Source: Eubacteriales bacterium (GTDB lineage Bacteria > Bacillota > Clostridia > Oscillospirales > CAG-272). From it: a stretch of 51,443 bases of DNA. The notes under the pieces were generated by a model, which was not told the origin of the DNA, ran no database searches, and worked only from the letters and a program-made list of their open reading frames with translations. The DNA lies in the NCBI GenBank assembly GCA_045532805.1, contig JAZSGQ010000073.1:1-51443 (forward strand), given 5' to 3'. The translations under genes were made by a program, and so were the position numbers. Each line of letters opens with the position of its first letter. Position 1 is the first letter of the stretch. Positions 28,675 through 39,532 of the stretch are shown in pieces.

Positions 28675-30162
28675 ATGAAGGGTTACCGTATGGCACTGGA
28701 TCAGGGCACAACAAGCTCGCGGTGCGTGATTTTTGACTATGAGGGGAACGTGGTGGCCTCGGCCGCCTGTGAATTTCCGCAGTATTTTCCAAGCGCGGGT
28801 TTTGTGGAGCACGATGCGACCGAGATCCTCGGGAGTCAACTGACCTCGGCACGCGGGGCACTGGCGCGCTCTGGGCTTGACGCGCGGGATATTGCCTGCA
28901 TCGGCATTACGAATCAGCGCGAGACCACGATCCTCTGGGACAAGCACAGCGGTACGCCGATCTGCCCCGCGATCGTGTGGCAGTGCCGCCGTACCGCCGC
29001 CGAATGTGAACGGCTCCGTGCCGAGGGACTTGAGGATATGATCCGCGAGAAAACGGGTCTGCCCATTGATCCCTATTTCTCCGCCACCAAACTCGCATGG
29101 ATGCTGGACAATATCCCGGGCGCCAGGGCGCGCGCCGAGCGCGGCGAATTGCTCTTCGGCACGGTGGACAGTTTCCTCTTGTTCCACCTCACGGGCGGTC
29201 GCGTGCACGCCACTGACCCCTCCAACGCGGCGCGGACGCTCCTTTTTAACATTCACACGCTCACCTGGGACGAGGATCTGTTGCGTCTGTTCCGCATCCC
29301 CGCGTGCATTCTGCCCGAGGTGCGCCCCTCTGCTTGCATCTTCGGCTACACCGACGCTTCGCTCTTTGGCGCGCCGATTCCCATCGCGGGTATGGCGGGC
29401 GATCAGCAGGCGGCACTCTTCGGACAGTGCTGCTTTGAGGCGGGTATGGCGAAAAATACCTACGGAACGGGTGGATTTTTGCTGATGAATACAGGCCATA
29501 CGCCCGTGCGCTCGGCACACGGCCTGCTCACCACCGTGGGCTGGCAGATCGGGAACGAGGTCTCCTACGTGCTGGAGGGCTCGGTCTTTGTGTGCGGCGC
29601 GGCGATCCAGTGGTTGCGCGACGGCCTCGGTATCCTCGCGCGTGCGGGCGACAGCGAGGCGCTGGCCGCCTCGGTGCCCGATACGGGCGGCGTGTACTTT
29701 GTGCCCGCCCTCACGGGTCTTGGCACGCCCTACTGGGATCCTTACGCGCGCGGCACAATCGTGGGACTCACGCGCGGCACCACACGCGCGCACCTCGTGC
29801 GCGCCACGCTGGAGGCCATGGCCTTTCAGACCGTGGACGTCCTTGACGCCATGCGCTCGGACGCAGACGCTACCATCTCGGCGCTCCGCGTGGACGGCGG
29901 CGCGACCGCCAACGCACTGCTGTTGCAACTGCAAAGTGACCTCTCTGGGCTTGTCATTCACCGCCCAGCCTGCATCGAAACCACCGCCCTTGGCGCCGCA
30001 AATCTCGCGGGCCTTGCCGCAGGCGTTTATAGCGATCTCACCGAGATCGCCGCGCACAGCCGCATCGCCGCCAGTTTCTCCCCCGCCATCGACGCCCCCG
30101 CGCGCGAGAAACGCCTCGCCCGCTGGCACCGCGCTGTCGATTCTGCACGTGTTTTTGTGTGA
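28675..30162 (+). CDS. glpK: Glycerol kinase
   Basis: [49 protein letters not shown]. Confidence 0.93.
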   Translation: MKGYRMALDQGTTSSRCVIFDYEGNVVASAACEFPQYFPSAGFVEHDATEILGSQLTSARGALARSGLDARDIACIGITNQRETTILWDKHSGTPICPAIVWQCRRTAAECERLRAEGLEDMIREKTGLPIDPYFSATKLAWMLDNIPGARARAERGELLFGTVDSFLLFHLTGGRVHATDPSNAARTLLFNIHTLTWDEDLLRLFRIPACILPEVRPSACIFGYTDASLFGAPIPIAGMAGDQQAALFGQCCFEAGMAKNTYGTGGFLLMNTGHTPVRSAHGLLTTVGWQIGNEVSYVLEGSVFVCGAAIQWLRDGLGILARAGDSEALAASVPDTGGVYFVPALTGLGTPYWDPYARGTIVGLTRGTTRAHLVRATLEAMAFQTVDVLDAMRSDADATISALRVDGGATANALLLQLQSDLSGLVIHRPACIETTALGAANLAGLAAGVYSDLTEIAAHSRIAASFSPAIDAPAREKRLARWHRAVDSARVFV

Positions 30163-30176
30163 GGCGGATTATAAAA

Positions 30177-30213
30177 AAGAGGAGCCCCCTTTTGTAAAAG
30201 GGGGCTCCTCTTT
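30177..30213 (+). terminator. Intrinsic terminator after glpK
   Basis: AAGAGGAGCCCCCTTTT-GT-AAAAGGGGGCTCCTCTTT. Confidence 0.75.
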
Positions 30214-30306
30214 CTCATTTTCGCCCACGCGAAAATGATTCAATCTCCTCACCCGAAAACTTTAAGAAAAAGGAAGTGTTTGGTAGCCGCATCGCAAACG
30301 CAAAAG

Positions 30307-30634
30307 AAGCAAGTAGCCCGAGGCTGCCCGAGATGGGCGGACGACGGTGTAGTTGCCTACTCCGAGGTCGCCCATCGAGAGCACACGAAGGGATACGCCG
30401 CTTATTTGCTGACACAGAAAAAAACGAGTAGACCAAGGCTGCCCGAGGCGGGCGGACGACGGCGTATATACATACGCCAAAGTAAAAAGAAAAAGCCCCG
30501 TGACGGGGCTTTTTCTATATAATGGTTGGCGATAAAAAAGCAAGTATGCCTGGGCGCGACCGCGCCCCCGGACGACGGCGTATATACATACGCCGAGGTC
30601 GTGGACAAGGAAGCAACGACGGCAGACGCCGCTT
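30307..30634. repeat. Three copies (two of 97 nt, one truncated) of an ERIC/REP-like long imperfect hairpin
   Basis: 30307-30403, 30423-30478, 30538-30634 share AAGCAAGTA...GGACGACGG-GTA..TAC-CCGAGGTC...ACGCCGCTT. Confidence 0.75.
30488..30516 (-). terminator. Bidirectional terminator, probably of the ABC operon
   Basis: AGAAAAAGCCCCG-TGA-CGGGGCTTTTTCT. Confidence 0.8.
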
Positions 30635-30641
30635 TTTTTCG

Positions 30642-31730
30642 TCAACCGACGATGCCCGAACGCTCGATACCTTGCACCAGGTATTTCTGGCAGAACAGGT
30701 ACAGGATCGCAAGGGGCGTACAAACCATCAAGCCGCACGCATACATCATCGCCGTTTTTGCAGTACTGGGATACTGGGAAGTAAGAGACGGCAAAGGCAA
30801 CGTGTAGGTCATGTAGGTCATGAAAGCCGGACGCTTGGTTGCGAAGAAGAGCGGAATGTAGAAGTCATCGGTCCACTGCCAGCAGAATGCGAACAGGAAC
30901 ACCGTGATCATCATCGGGATCGAGATGGGCAGGATCACCTGCAGGAAGGTGCGGAACGTGTTGGCACCGTCCAGGTAAGCCGACTCCTCCAACTCATCGG
31001 GCACACCGCGGAAGAACTGGCGCAGCATGAAGATATACAGGCCGTTCTTGAGTGCGAGACCGCACACGGAGAGCACGAGCAGGGGGACCACCGTCTCCAC
31101 GAGGGAAATACCCTCGGCAAAGGGCAGGATCTTGATCTTGGACAGAATGTTGTCGATCCAGTCGATGCCAACCGAGGCACCGCCCGAGAAGAACTTGAGA
31201 ATGCCCAGAATATCGAAGTAACGGAAGCGGTAGTAGATTGCGGACTGCAACGTACCGTGAGGAATAACCATCGTCAGCACAACGCAGGCGAACACGAGTT
31301 TGACGCCGCGGAACTTGAACTTTGCAAGACCGTAACCGACAAGACAGCAGGTAAAGGTCTGCAGAAGTGCCGCTCCCAGCGAAAGTGCCAGCGTCTGGAA
31401 GAACACCTTGATGTAGGACAGATCCTTGAAGATCGCCTTATAGATGTCCAGAGAGAAGTGACGGGGCACGTTCACAACGGTGGAGTCCATAAAGTCCTCG
31501 GGAGCCATGACGGACTGCACGATCATCGTGATGAAGGGCTGAATGACCACGAAGGCGATGCCGATAAGGAGCAGAAGGCGGAAAATGTACCAAACGACGT
31601 TCTTGAGGAAGTAGGTCGAGAGGAACTTAGCCTTAAGGCGCTCCTTGAGGTCGGTGCGCTCAAAATCCACGCGGATCTTGTTCTTGCTCTCCTTCAGGAC
31701 GGCGGGTCTATTATCAACTTGATTTGTCAT
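30642..31730 (-). CDS. Carbohydrate ABC transporter permease (MalG-like)
   Basis: GYGLAKFKFRG, ELEESAYLDGA EAA loop. Confidence 0.9.
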   Translation of the reverse strand: MTNQVDNRPAVLKESKNKIRVDFERTDLKERLKAKFLSTYFLKNVVWYIFRLLLLIGIAFVVIQPFITMIVQSVMAPEDFMDSTVVNVPRHFSLDIYKAIFKDLSYIKVFFQTLALSLGAALLQTFTCCLVGYGLAKFKFRGVKLVFACVVLTMVIPHGTLQSAIYYRFRYFDILGILKFFSGGASVGIDWIDNILSKIKILPFAEGISLVETVVPLLVLSVCGLALKNGLYIFMLRQFFRGVPDELEESAYLDGANTFRTFLQVILPISIPMMITVFLFAFCWQWTDDFYIPLFFATKRPAFMTYMTYTLPLPSLTSQYPSTAKTAMMYACGLMVCTPLAILYLFCQKYLVQGIERSGIVG

Positions 31731-31748
31731 TGTATATTCCCTCCTTCC

Positions 31749-32714
31749 TTAATCTCTTCTCTGATAGAAGACGTATGCGGAGCAAAGCGCCGCGACGATG
31801 GCGACGATCAGCAGAATGAGCAGGAAGTACATCCAACCCATTGCCGAACTGACGTGCTTACCGTTACCGGGCGATACGAAGGTGTTATTGATAACGTTCA
31901 TAACGGAGTTGGAATCGGTCGTGAAGTTATCAATGATCGTATACACACCGTTCACGAGGATCATCGGGCTCACCATCGGGAAGGTGATCTTCCAGAAGGT
32001 CTCCCAAGAGGTCGCACCGTCGATCTGACAGGACTCGTAGATGGCAGGCGAGATCGACTGCAATGCCGCGAGGAAGATCAGGATCTGTACGCCCGAACGG
32101 TTGATGATGTCGGCAATATTGGCAACGGCGCCCACGATGTAGGTGACCAGACCCTCGCCAAAGCCAAGGCCTGCGAACACGTTGGTGAGCATCATTTCCA
32201 GCGCCATATTGGACTCCATCTGGTCGGCGGCGGTTTCACCCGCGCCAAGATCCATACCCTCACCCGCCATACTGTGAGAACTGGTGAGAATGGACTCCAT
32301 GATACCCGTAGACACCACAACGGGCAGGAAGAAGATCACGCGGAATGCGGCACGGCCCGCCATCTTCTGATTCAGGATCACTGCAATGAAGAGCGAGAAG
32401 ATCAGAATAGCGGGAATGTCGAACGCGATCTCCTGCAGACCCGTGAGAAGGGTCTGCAGGAAGTTGGCCTCCTCAAAGAGTGCGGCTTGGTAGTGCTCCA
32501 GACCGACAAACTCCTTGAGCATACCGTCCTCCACGAGGCGGTAGGTGTAGAGACTGTACTTGATGGATTCGAAAATGATCGGAATGTAGATGAGAAGGAA
32601 GCCCAGTACAAAGGGCAGTGCGAACAACCAACCTGCGCGCGCCTTACGGCGATCCAGGGAGGGGATCTTCTTTTTCTTGACGGGCTTTGCCGCAAGAGTG
32701 ACTTGTTGCGTCAT
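31749..32714 (-). CDS. Carbohydrate ABC transporter permease (MalF-like)
   Basis: FRVIFFLP, IYESCQIDGATSWETFWKITFP. Confidence 0.9.
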   Translation of the reverse strand: MTQQVTLAAKPVKKKKIPSLDRRKARAGWLFALPFVLGFLLIYIPIIFESIKYSLYTYRLVEDGMLKEFVGLEHYQAALFEEANFLQTLLTGLQEIAFDIPAILIFSLFIAVILNQKMAGRAAFRVIFFLPVVVSTGIMESILTSSHSMAGEGMDLGAGETAADQMESNMALEMMLTNVFAGLGFGEGLVTYIVGAVANIADIINRSGVQILIFLAALQSISPAIYESCQIDGATSWETFWKITFPMVSPMILVNGVYTIIDNFTTDSNSVMNVINNTFVSPGNGKHVSSAMGWMYFLLILLIVAIVAALCSAYVFYQRRD

Positions 32715-32733
32715 ATATCGTTACCTCCCTTTC

Positions 32734-35700
32734 TTAGTAAGTGATCACCACGTAGCCATAGGCCTCGATGGTGTAGTTGACGCCGTTGTAGGTCGTCTTG
32801 ATCGCGTAGTCGTTGAAGTTGAGCAGCAACGTCTTGTAGGCGGTGCCCATCTCGGAACCGTAGGTCACGGCCACCACGTTGTTATCCACTGCGTACTTGT
32901 CCTTGGGTGCGTCGGGCACGACGATATCCTCTTCGGTGAGTTCGCCGTCACCCTCGCCCTCGCCCTCATCGGGAGTGGGCTCTTCGGGAGCGGGTACTTC
33001 GGGCTCGGGGGTCTTGCTGGCGTTTGCGATCAGCGTGTCTACGTCGATCGCGGTGTAAAGGCCGTCGGCCTTCAACAACTCACAAAGAGCGGCGAAGATG
33101 GCCTCGGCGCCGAGCGTCTTGTACTTGGAAGCGGTCATACCGCCGTCAAATACGAAGCCCTCAAGGTCCTCGGCAGCAACGGACGTAGCCTTACCCTCAT
33201 AGGACACGGTCAGTGCAGAAATATCTGCCACGGTGCCGTCCACGTAAGCGTCGATCGCGCTGTCGCTGATGGCGGCAACACGGTCGTCGGCCGCGTCAAG
33301 CAGTGCCTCGTAAGCGCGAAGTGCGTTGATCAGGTTGACACGCGCCACGTCCAGGATCTGCTTCTTGGCGCCCTTGTCCTCGGCAGATGCATTCTCATAG
33401 TCCTCGCGGAGCAGATCGTATGCATTCTTGGCGTTGACAACAAGGGTCTCGGCGTCCTTCAGTTCGGTACGGAAGGCAACCACGTTGTTCACGGCGTAGG
33501 TACGGAACCAGTTACGCAACGTATTGGTGAGAGCCACAAGCTGTTCTTCGCCCAGGTCCTCGCCTGCATTGCGGCGTGCGTTCCACGCCTTGACAAGATC
33601 GGTGTTGGTAGCGACAAGCTGGCTCATCATCGCATCCGCGATCTGACCCATACGCGTCTTGCCGCCATCGATCTCGGCCTGTGCCTTTGCCAGAAGGTTC
33701 ACGGCGTCGCGGAGCTTGGTGAGTTTTGCAACGTGATCGGTCTCGATCTGCTGGCGGATGGCCTCTGCCTGCTCGGCGGCGGCCTCCTCGATATCGCGCA
33801 GAAGTTCGTCAGCATCGGGGACACGGCTGCTCGTGGCATTGAGCGACTCGTGATCGATGATGATCTTATCCTGCACGTCATGCAGTACGCTGTTGAGTTC
33901 CAGGTAGACCTCAACCAGTTTCTTCTGCCAGATGTCGTAGCGGACCGAGTAGTTCTGAGACAGGAGTTCATCCTCCTTGAGCAACTCGGTGTTGGTGTAG
34001 GACAGCACGAAGTAAGCACTGGCACCGTTCTCCATTGCCTTGAGCATCGCGTAGGTCAGGTTGCCCTCCATGTTGAAAGCAGAACCCGTAAACTGCACGT
34101 AGCCGTGGAGCACCACGCCCATAAAGGGAACGGAACTCTTTTCTGCGATGTAGCGGCTGGAGTCAAGCGGAACGTTGAGAATGTGGTCTGCGAACTGCCA
34201 GGTGTAAGCGTTGCCGCCCTCCACCATCACGTCGTAGCCCTCGTTCTTGAAGTATGCCAGGGCCTCGGTTACGTAACCCTTGGCCTCCTCGCGCAATGCG
34301 GTCTTCTCCTCATCGTAATCGGAGTTGAGCGAATTGCCCAGCGTGCCGAGCGAAATGCCCTCGGCATCGTAGTTATCGTAGCGCGATTCCAGTTTCTCGT
34401 AGAAGTGGCTGTACATCACGGGCGACATGACCATCTGGAAATAACTGACCAGCGTCTGGTAGGTCGCGGAGTACACGCGCTTGGTGGTATAACGGTTGTC
34501 AATGGTACGTGCGGCGTGCTTCTTCATATTCACCTTGCTACCGCCATCGGCGTTCTTGGTGTATACGAAGTCGAAATCGGGGTAAACGCCGAAGCCCTCA
34601 TCAGCGGCCTTCTTCAACAGTTCCTTGAAGTCGGACTTACCGCCAACGGCCTTTTCCCACTTGAGCTTATAGGGCACGGCGGAGTACATACCGCCGTTTG
34701 CGTAGCCCGTCAATTTGAAGTTGACGTTCTCCACGCCGTTGTCGGAGAGGTAATCGTACATCGTGCCGATATCATCGAAGGAGGTCAGTGCCACGGACAC
34801 GGTCACGGGCATCGACAGGACCTTCTTCACGGTATCCACACAACCGAAGGTCTCGATGTAAAGTGGGATATTCTCGCCCGTCTGCTCGGCAGTCAGACGG
34901 TTATAGCCCTCCTTCGTTGCCTCAAGATAATCGCGGTAAGCGCAGGCCATACCCATCCAGGAGCACTCATAGTAACTCGTGAGGCCTGCCTCCTTGGCAA
35001 GCGTATCGTCGCTGAGCATCATATAGCGGATACTGTAGTTGTCCGCATATCTGCTGTCGGCATATACGCTCCATCCTGACTGAGACACGTCGCCCTGTCG
35101 GATGGTGAGAGTGGGGATCACGGTGGTGTATTTCAGGTAGGAAACGTGGTTCGGCGCGATCTTGGCGAGCGATTCGCCCTCCTCCATCACGGCGAGATAA
35201 CCGCGGCTCACACCCGTTGTGGCATCGGTCTCGACCTGGCCGTACACGGGCATACGCACCGTTTCACTGTGGTAGTTGTATACCTTATCAGAGAGCGAAT
35301 AGTCGTCACCGTACACACGGGAATCCGTGGTGGTCACGGTATCAAGAGCATACAGCGTGCCCGAGCCGTCGGGAATGAAGCTGTAACCCTCGTTGTCCTT
35401 ATGGGAAGCACCCATATAGGGCAGATACTGGAAGTTGCTGATGCGGTAAGTAGACTCGTCAAAGCGCAGACCGTTGGCAGACATGCTCACGAGCATACCC
35501 ATATCCTCCAGCGTGTACTCCAGCGCCATCTTGAACACGGGAGGCGACATCACCTCGTCTACGTAGTTGACGTAGGCGTGATCGTTGTCCAGTTCCTCGA
35601 AGTTGTACGCGGGGCAGTAGGCCATGATGGTGGCCTCCAGCTGACGAAGCTGCTTGGTGGAGGCATTGATATCACACACGTAGATATCGATGTTCTTCTC

Positions 35701-36414
35701 CTTGGTGACGGGGTACTTCATCGCGATGGATTCCTTCTTGGTATTGGACAGCGTGGAATCCGTGTAGAACATATCGTTGAAGTAACTGGCGAACACCATG
35801 TACTCACGGGAGGTCTTACCCAGCGCCTCGGCGATGGGCTGAAGGATCTTCTCCTCGAAGGACGTACGCTCGATCATCATGGGCACGAGGATTCTCGCGG
35901 AGCGGTCACCGATCGCGTATTCCACGCGCACGCCGTTCTTGATGGTCTTGAGCGTTACCTGACCCTTCTGTACCGCATCGGTGTAACTGGTGAGCGTTTT
36001 GGTGGTACCGCCGCCCGAGTAGGTCAGAACGATCTGGGACAGCAATTCGCTACGCACTTCGCTGTCGTTGTTGGTCTCCTTGGTCATATCCCAAGGGTTG
36101 GTGAACAGGATCTCGCCCGTTGCTTTCTTGACGTAGGCGACGATACCCGTGGACTCGATGGCGGCCGTGTTGGGGTCGTCTGCCTTCTCCACGTACAGGG
36201 CGTACTCGCTGTTCTCGTAGTACAGCGTCATAGCGGCAAGGCGCTCCTCGTCACTCTCATAGTAGACCGAGGTAAAGTCCTGCTGGTAGGGCTTTTTCTT
36301 CTCTTCCTCCTCCTCTGCGGCAAACGCCGTGAGCGTGAAGGCGGGGAGCAGAGCCACCACCGTCAGCACAGTCAGGAGCGCACAAAGCATACGCGTGAAT
36401 ATTTTGTTTTTCAT
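32734..36414 (-). CDS. Secreted DUF5696-like protein of the large sugar-uptake cluster, with insertions
   Basis: Signal peptide; EGYSFIPDGSG, RVYGDD, RMPVYG, GYANGG, VPFMGVVLHGYVQF; operon context. Confidence 0.75.
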   Translation of the reverse strand: MKNKIFTRMLCALLTVLTVVALLPAFTLTAFAAEEEEEKKKPYQQDFTSVYYESDEERLAAMTLYYENSEYALYVEKADDPNTAAIESTGIVAYVKKATGEILFTNPWDMTKETNNDSEVRSELLSQIVLTYSGGGTTKTLTSYTDAVQKGQVTLKTIKNGVRVEYAIGDRSARILVPMMIERTSFEEKILQPIAEALGKTSREYMVFASYFNDMFYTDSTLSNTKKESIAMKYPVTKEKNIDIYVCDINASTKQLRQLEATIMAYCPAYNFEELDNDHAYVNYVDEVMSPPVFKMALEYTLEDMGMLVSMSANGLRFDESTYRISNFQYLPYMGASHKDNEGYSFIPDGSGTLYALDTVTTTDSRVYGDDYSLSDKVYNYHSETVRMPVYGQVETDATTGVSRGYLAVMEEGESLAKIAPNHVSYLKYTTVIPTLTIRQGDVSQSGWSVYADSRYADNYSIRYMMLSDDTLAKEAGLTSYYECSWMGMACAYRDYLEATKEGYNRLTAEQTGENIPLYIETFGCVDTVKKVLSMPVTVSVALTSFDDIGTMYDYLSDNGVENVNFKLTGYANGGMYSAVPYKLKWEKAVGGKSDFKELLKKAADEGFGVYPDFDFVYTKNADGGSKVNMKKHAARTIDNRYTTKRVYSATYQTLVSYFQMVMSPVMYSHFYEKLESRYDNYDAEGISLGTLGNSLNSDYDEEKTALREEAKGYVTEALAYFKNEGYDVMVEGGNAYTWQFADHILNVPLDSSRYIAEKSSVPFMGVVLHGYVQFTGSAFNMEGNLTYAMLKAMENGASAYFVLSYTNTELLKEDELLSQNYSVRYDIWQKKLVEVYLELNSVLHDVQDKIIIDHESLNATSSRVPDADELLRDIEEAAAEQAEAIRQQIETDHVAKLTKLRDAVNLLAKAQAEIDGGKTRMGQIADAMMSQLVATNTDLVKAWNARRNAGEDLGEEQLVALTNTLRNWFRTYAVNNVVAFRTELKDAETLVVNAKNAYDLLREDYENASAEDKGAKKQILDVARVNLINALRAYEALLDAADDRVAAISDSAIDAYVDGTVADISALTVSYEGKATSVAAEDLEGFVFDGGMTASKYKTLGAEAIFAALCELLKADGLYTAIDVDTLIANASKTPEPEVPAPEEPTPDEGEGEGDGELTEEDIVVPDAPKDKYAVDNNVVAVTYGSEMGTAYKTLLLNFNDYAIKTTYNGVNYTIEAYGYVVITY

Positions 36415-36436
36415 TTCACTTCTCTCCTTTCTGTGC

Positions 36437-38638
36437 TTACAATCGGTACGTAATCTCGGTTACGTAGTTGGTAACAAAGGTGACGATGTCCATAATGAGC
36501 GAGGTGAACAGGATCGCCAGGAACATAATGAACGCCATACCGACGATGGTGCCGAGCACCGTCACGATATTCTTGAGCATGGGGTAGTCGTGCGTGACCA
36601 TGGTTCCGAAGAAAATGAGGAACCCTGCCCAGACGAAGCCGAGAGTGATCACGAGATTGAGGATCGTGATCTCGGAGTTCACGATGTAGTTGGAAATGAG
36701 GGTCGCAGGGATCATCGTGAGCGGCAGAGGCAACAAGCTGTAGCCGATGGCGATGAGGATATCCTTGAAACTGCCTTCGCCCTCAAACAGGGTGGTCAGA
36801 CACCAGTTGGCGATCGCAAAGAGTGCCACAGGAATGAACACCACGAGGAACTGCATGAAGATGGTGGAGTAGTTGCCCTGCGGATTCATCACGTAGCCCG
36901 TACCGACACTGCGGTAGAACAGAGCGATGACCGTGAGCAGCATAAACACCAACGAGGCGCGAAGCGAGCCGCGCTTCTCGTGCTTGAGGTCCCAGAAACC
37001 GTCGAAGGGGTGGAACATGACGTGGAAGACGTACAACAGTTCCTCCTTGAAGGTGCGCTTGCCACCTGCGGTGGAGGCGCGCTTGTTGATCTTACCGATG
37101 CGGCCGAGCACCTTGACCACGAGCACGCAAACGGCGACCAGTACAACGGGAATCAGGAGGAAGAACTTGGACATCCACTCCTTACGCAACTCCTTATAAG
37201 CCACGGAGTAGTTTTCGGTATCGTAGGCGGCCTTGTAGTATTCCAGTGCCTCCTCGTACGCACCGCTACGGAACATCGAGTTACCGATGCCGATGTAGGC
37301 GGCGTCGTAGTTGGAGTTACGCATCAGGATCTCCTTCCATGCCTCGATCGCCTCCTCATAGCGGCGCTCGTTCTGGCACTGCAGTGCGCTCACGAGAACG
37401 TCACCGTACTCGGTGCGGTTGAAGACGGTGATCTGCTGGTTCTTGCCCGAGCCGTCCAGCACGAGCATCTTATCGCCCTGGTAGGCAACTGCCTTGATGC
37501 TGGACAGGTTGCCGAGCTGTGTACCCGAGTCGCCGAAGGCGAACAGCAGGTTGCCGTCGTAGTCGTAGGTGTAGATCTTGCTACGCTTTTCGTCGATGAT
37601 CGTCCAGGTCTCTTCGGGACCGCACGCAACGTCGGTCACCTTGGAGACGCCTGCCTTGGTCTCATCGTACATGTTCTTGAAGTCGATCTCGCCTGCGGGC
37701 GGCCAGAAGCCGTTGCGGCGCATGATCTCGTCACCTGCGGGGTTGAGCAACTTACAGGGTGCATACGTACCGCTGGAGGTACCCGAGGTGGCAGAGGCGG
37801 TGATGGCGTTGCCCATCTGGGTGGCGAGCTCGTTTGCGTAGATCGTCACGTAGATGAAGCCGCGCTTATTGATATCAATATTATTATAAGGGTAGGAAAT
37901 GACGGTAGCCGACTGCTCGCGCTGTTCCTTGGTCTGGAAACGGCGCCAGATCTGATCCCACACGGAGGTGACAGACTGCTGTGCACCGATGAAGCCCGTG
38001 AAAACACCGTCATCGGTCATGACGATGACACCCTCGTTGGTCTCGGAGGAGACCACGAACATACGGTCGTATGCGTCCACGGCAACGGCAACGGGCCAGA
38101 AGATGGCGTCGCTGTCAAACAACTGGGACTGGGGTGCCTCGATGATCGAGTCGAACTCACCCTCAAGCGTGAAGGTCACGATACGGCTTGCCTGCGTGTC
38201 GCACACGAAGATGCGGCCGGGGATCACCGTGTCACCCTCGTAGCGGGAGGGCGACACGAAGATGCCCTCGGGCTTGGAGAAGTGGTCTGCGATCTTCTGA
38301 TCGTTGAGGAAGGTCTCGATGATCATATCCGAGCCGTCGGCAAACTTGCGCACACGGTAGTAGCGGTCAAGGCAGATGACACGGCTACGGTCGGTATCGA
38401 CCACGTAGACGTTCTGCTCCTCGTCCACTGCGATATCGCTTGCATTGGAGAGCGACAACTCAAGGCCCATGGCGGCGGCGTCAATGCTCTTCTGTGCCGT
38501 GTAGGCATCGGGAGAGTAGAGTGCCTTGCCGTCGATGGAGTAGGTATAGGTCTGATAGACGCGGGAGGCCTCCACGGGAATGGAAACGACCATCAGAAGG
38601 ACGAATAGCAGACAGAATACGGATATAAACTTTTTCAC
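36437..38638 (-). CDS. NHL-repeat/TPR/YIP1 fusion membrane protein
   Basis: Signal peptide, YQTYTYS, NHL-like repeats (DIAVD, PEGIFV, PVAVAVD), TPR-like region, C-terminal HPFDGFWDLKHEKRG multi-TM domain. Confidence 0.8.
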   Translation of the reverse strand: MKKFISVFCLLFVLLMVVSIPVEASRVYQTYTYSIDGKALYSPDAYTAQKSIDAAAMGLELSLSNASDIAVDEEQNVYVVDTDRSRVICLDRYYRVRKFADGSDMIIETFLNDQKIADHFSKPEGIFVSPSRYEGDTVIPGRIFVCDTQASRIVTFTLEGEFDSIIEAPQSQLFDSDAIFWPVAVAVDAYDRMFVVSSETNEGVIVMTDDGVFTGFIGAQQSVTSVWDQIWRRFQTKEQREQSATVISYPYNNIDINKRGFIYVTIYANELATQMGNAITASATSGTSSGTYAPCKLLNPAGDEIMRRNGFWPPAGEIDFKNMYDETKAGVSKVTDVACGPEETWTIIDEKRSKIYTYDYDGNLLFAFGDSGTQLGNLSSIKAVAYQGDKMLVLDGSGKNQQITVFNRTEYGDVLVSALQCQNERRYEEAIEAWKEILMRNSNYDAAYIGIGNSMFRSGAYEEALEYYKAAYDTENYSVAYKELRKEWMSKFFLLIPVVLVAVCVLVVKVLGRIGKINKRASTAGGKRTFKEELLYVFHVMFHPFDGFWDLKHEKRGSLRASLVFMLLTVIALFYRSVGTGYVMNPQGNYSTIFMQFLVVFIPVALFAIANWCLTTLFEGEGSFKDILIAIGYSLLPLPLTMIPATLISNYIVNSEITILNLVITLGFVWAGFLIFFGTMVTHDYPMLKNIVTVLGTIVGMAFIMFLAILFTSLIMDIVTFVTNYVTEITYRL

Positions 38639-38655
38639 TGTTATTCTCCTTTCTG

Positions 38656-39531
38656 TTAGTCTTTCATACCGGAGGAGCCCATCGTCTCAATGATGTTGGA
38701 CTGCGAGATCACGAAGACCGCGATCGGCACCATCATCATGATCACCATCGAAGCGGCGGAAGCGCCTGCGCGCTTGATACCGCCTGCCATGATCTGGCCG
38801 ATGGCGTAGTTGAAGGATTTGAGCTGCTCGGAGTGGATATAAATGGAGGAACCTGCGTTCCAAAGACCCTGGAACGAGTAGATGATCAGCGTCAGCCACG
38901 CGGGCTTAACCATGGGCATCGCGATCGTCCAGAAGGTATGAAGCTCGGTCGCGCCGTCCAGACGTGCGGATTCCAGCACGGCATCGGTCACGTTGGTCTC
39001 CATGAACTGCTTCATCAGGTAAAGGCCGAGAGACGACGCCCACGCGGGAATGATGATGGCCCAGTAGGTGTCCACCAGACGGAAACTACTCATAATAATG
39101 AAGGAAGTGATCGCCGTGACCGTGGAGTGGAACATCAGCGAGGTACGGACGGTACGGAACATCAGTTTGCCGCCCGGGAACTTGATCTTTGCCATGGCGT
39201 AAGCCGCAAGGGAGGAACAGAACAAGTTGCCGAAGGTACCCGCCACGGAGGTGAAGATCGTATTGAAGATGTAACGGGAGAAGGGCACCCAGGACGTGTT
39301 CATCAGCATGAACAGGTCACGGTAGTTCTTGAACGTGGGTCTGCGCACGAAGAAGCGAGGCGGGAACATCCACAATTCGTCCAGGGGCTTGAAGGACTGC
39401 ATCCATACGTAAAGCATCGGGAGGAACATGAATGCGCCAAGCAGCGCAAGGACCACGGTAATGCCCGCGTCACCGCCGGCGGAACGGTTCAATACGACTT
39501 TATGTTTTCTTGTACGAAGTTTCTTTGCCAT
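38656..39531 (-). CDS. Carbohydrate ABC transporter permease (MalG-like)
   Basis: SFKPLDEL, AAYAMAK, ESARLDGA. Confidence 0.9.
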   Translation of the reverse strand: MAKKLRTRKHKVVLNRSAGGDAGITVVLALLGAFMFLPMLYVWMQSFKPLDELWMFPPRFFVRRPTFKNYRDLFMLMNTSWVPFSRYIFNTIFTSVAGTFGNLFCSSLAAYAMAKIKFPGGKLMFRTVRTSLMFHSTVTAITSFIIMSSFRLVDTYWAIIIPAWASSLGLYLMKQFMETNVTDAVLESARLDGATELHTFWTIAMPMVKPAWLTLIIYSFQGLWNAGSSIYIHSEQLKSFNYAIGQIMAGGIKRAGASAASMVIMMMVPIAVFVISQSNIIETMGSSGMKD

Positions 39532-39532
39532 A

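Noticed and set aside
30307..30634. Possible CRISPR array (26-nt exact repeat)
   Set aside because: Only two exact copies, embedded in longer degenerate hairpins; irregular spacing; no cas genes
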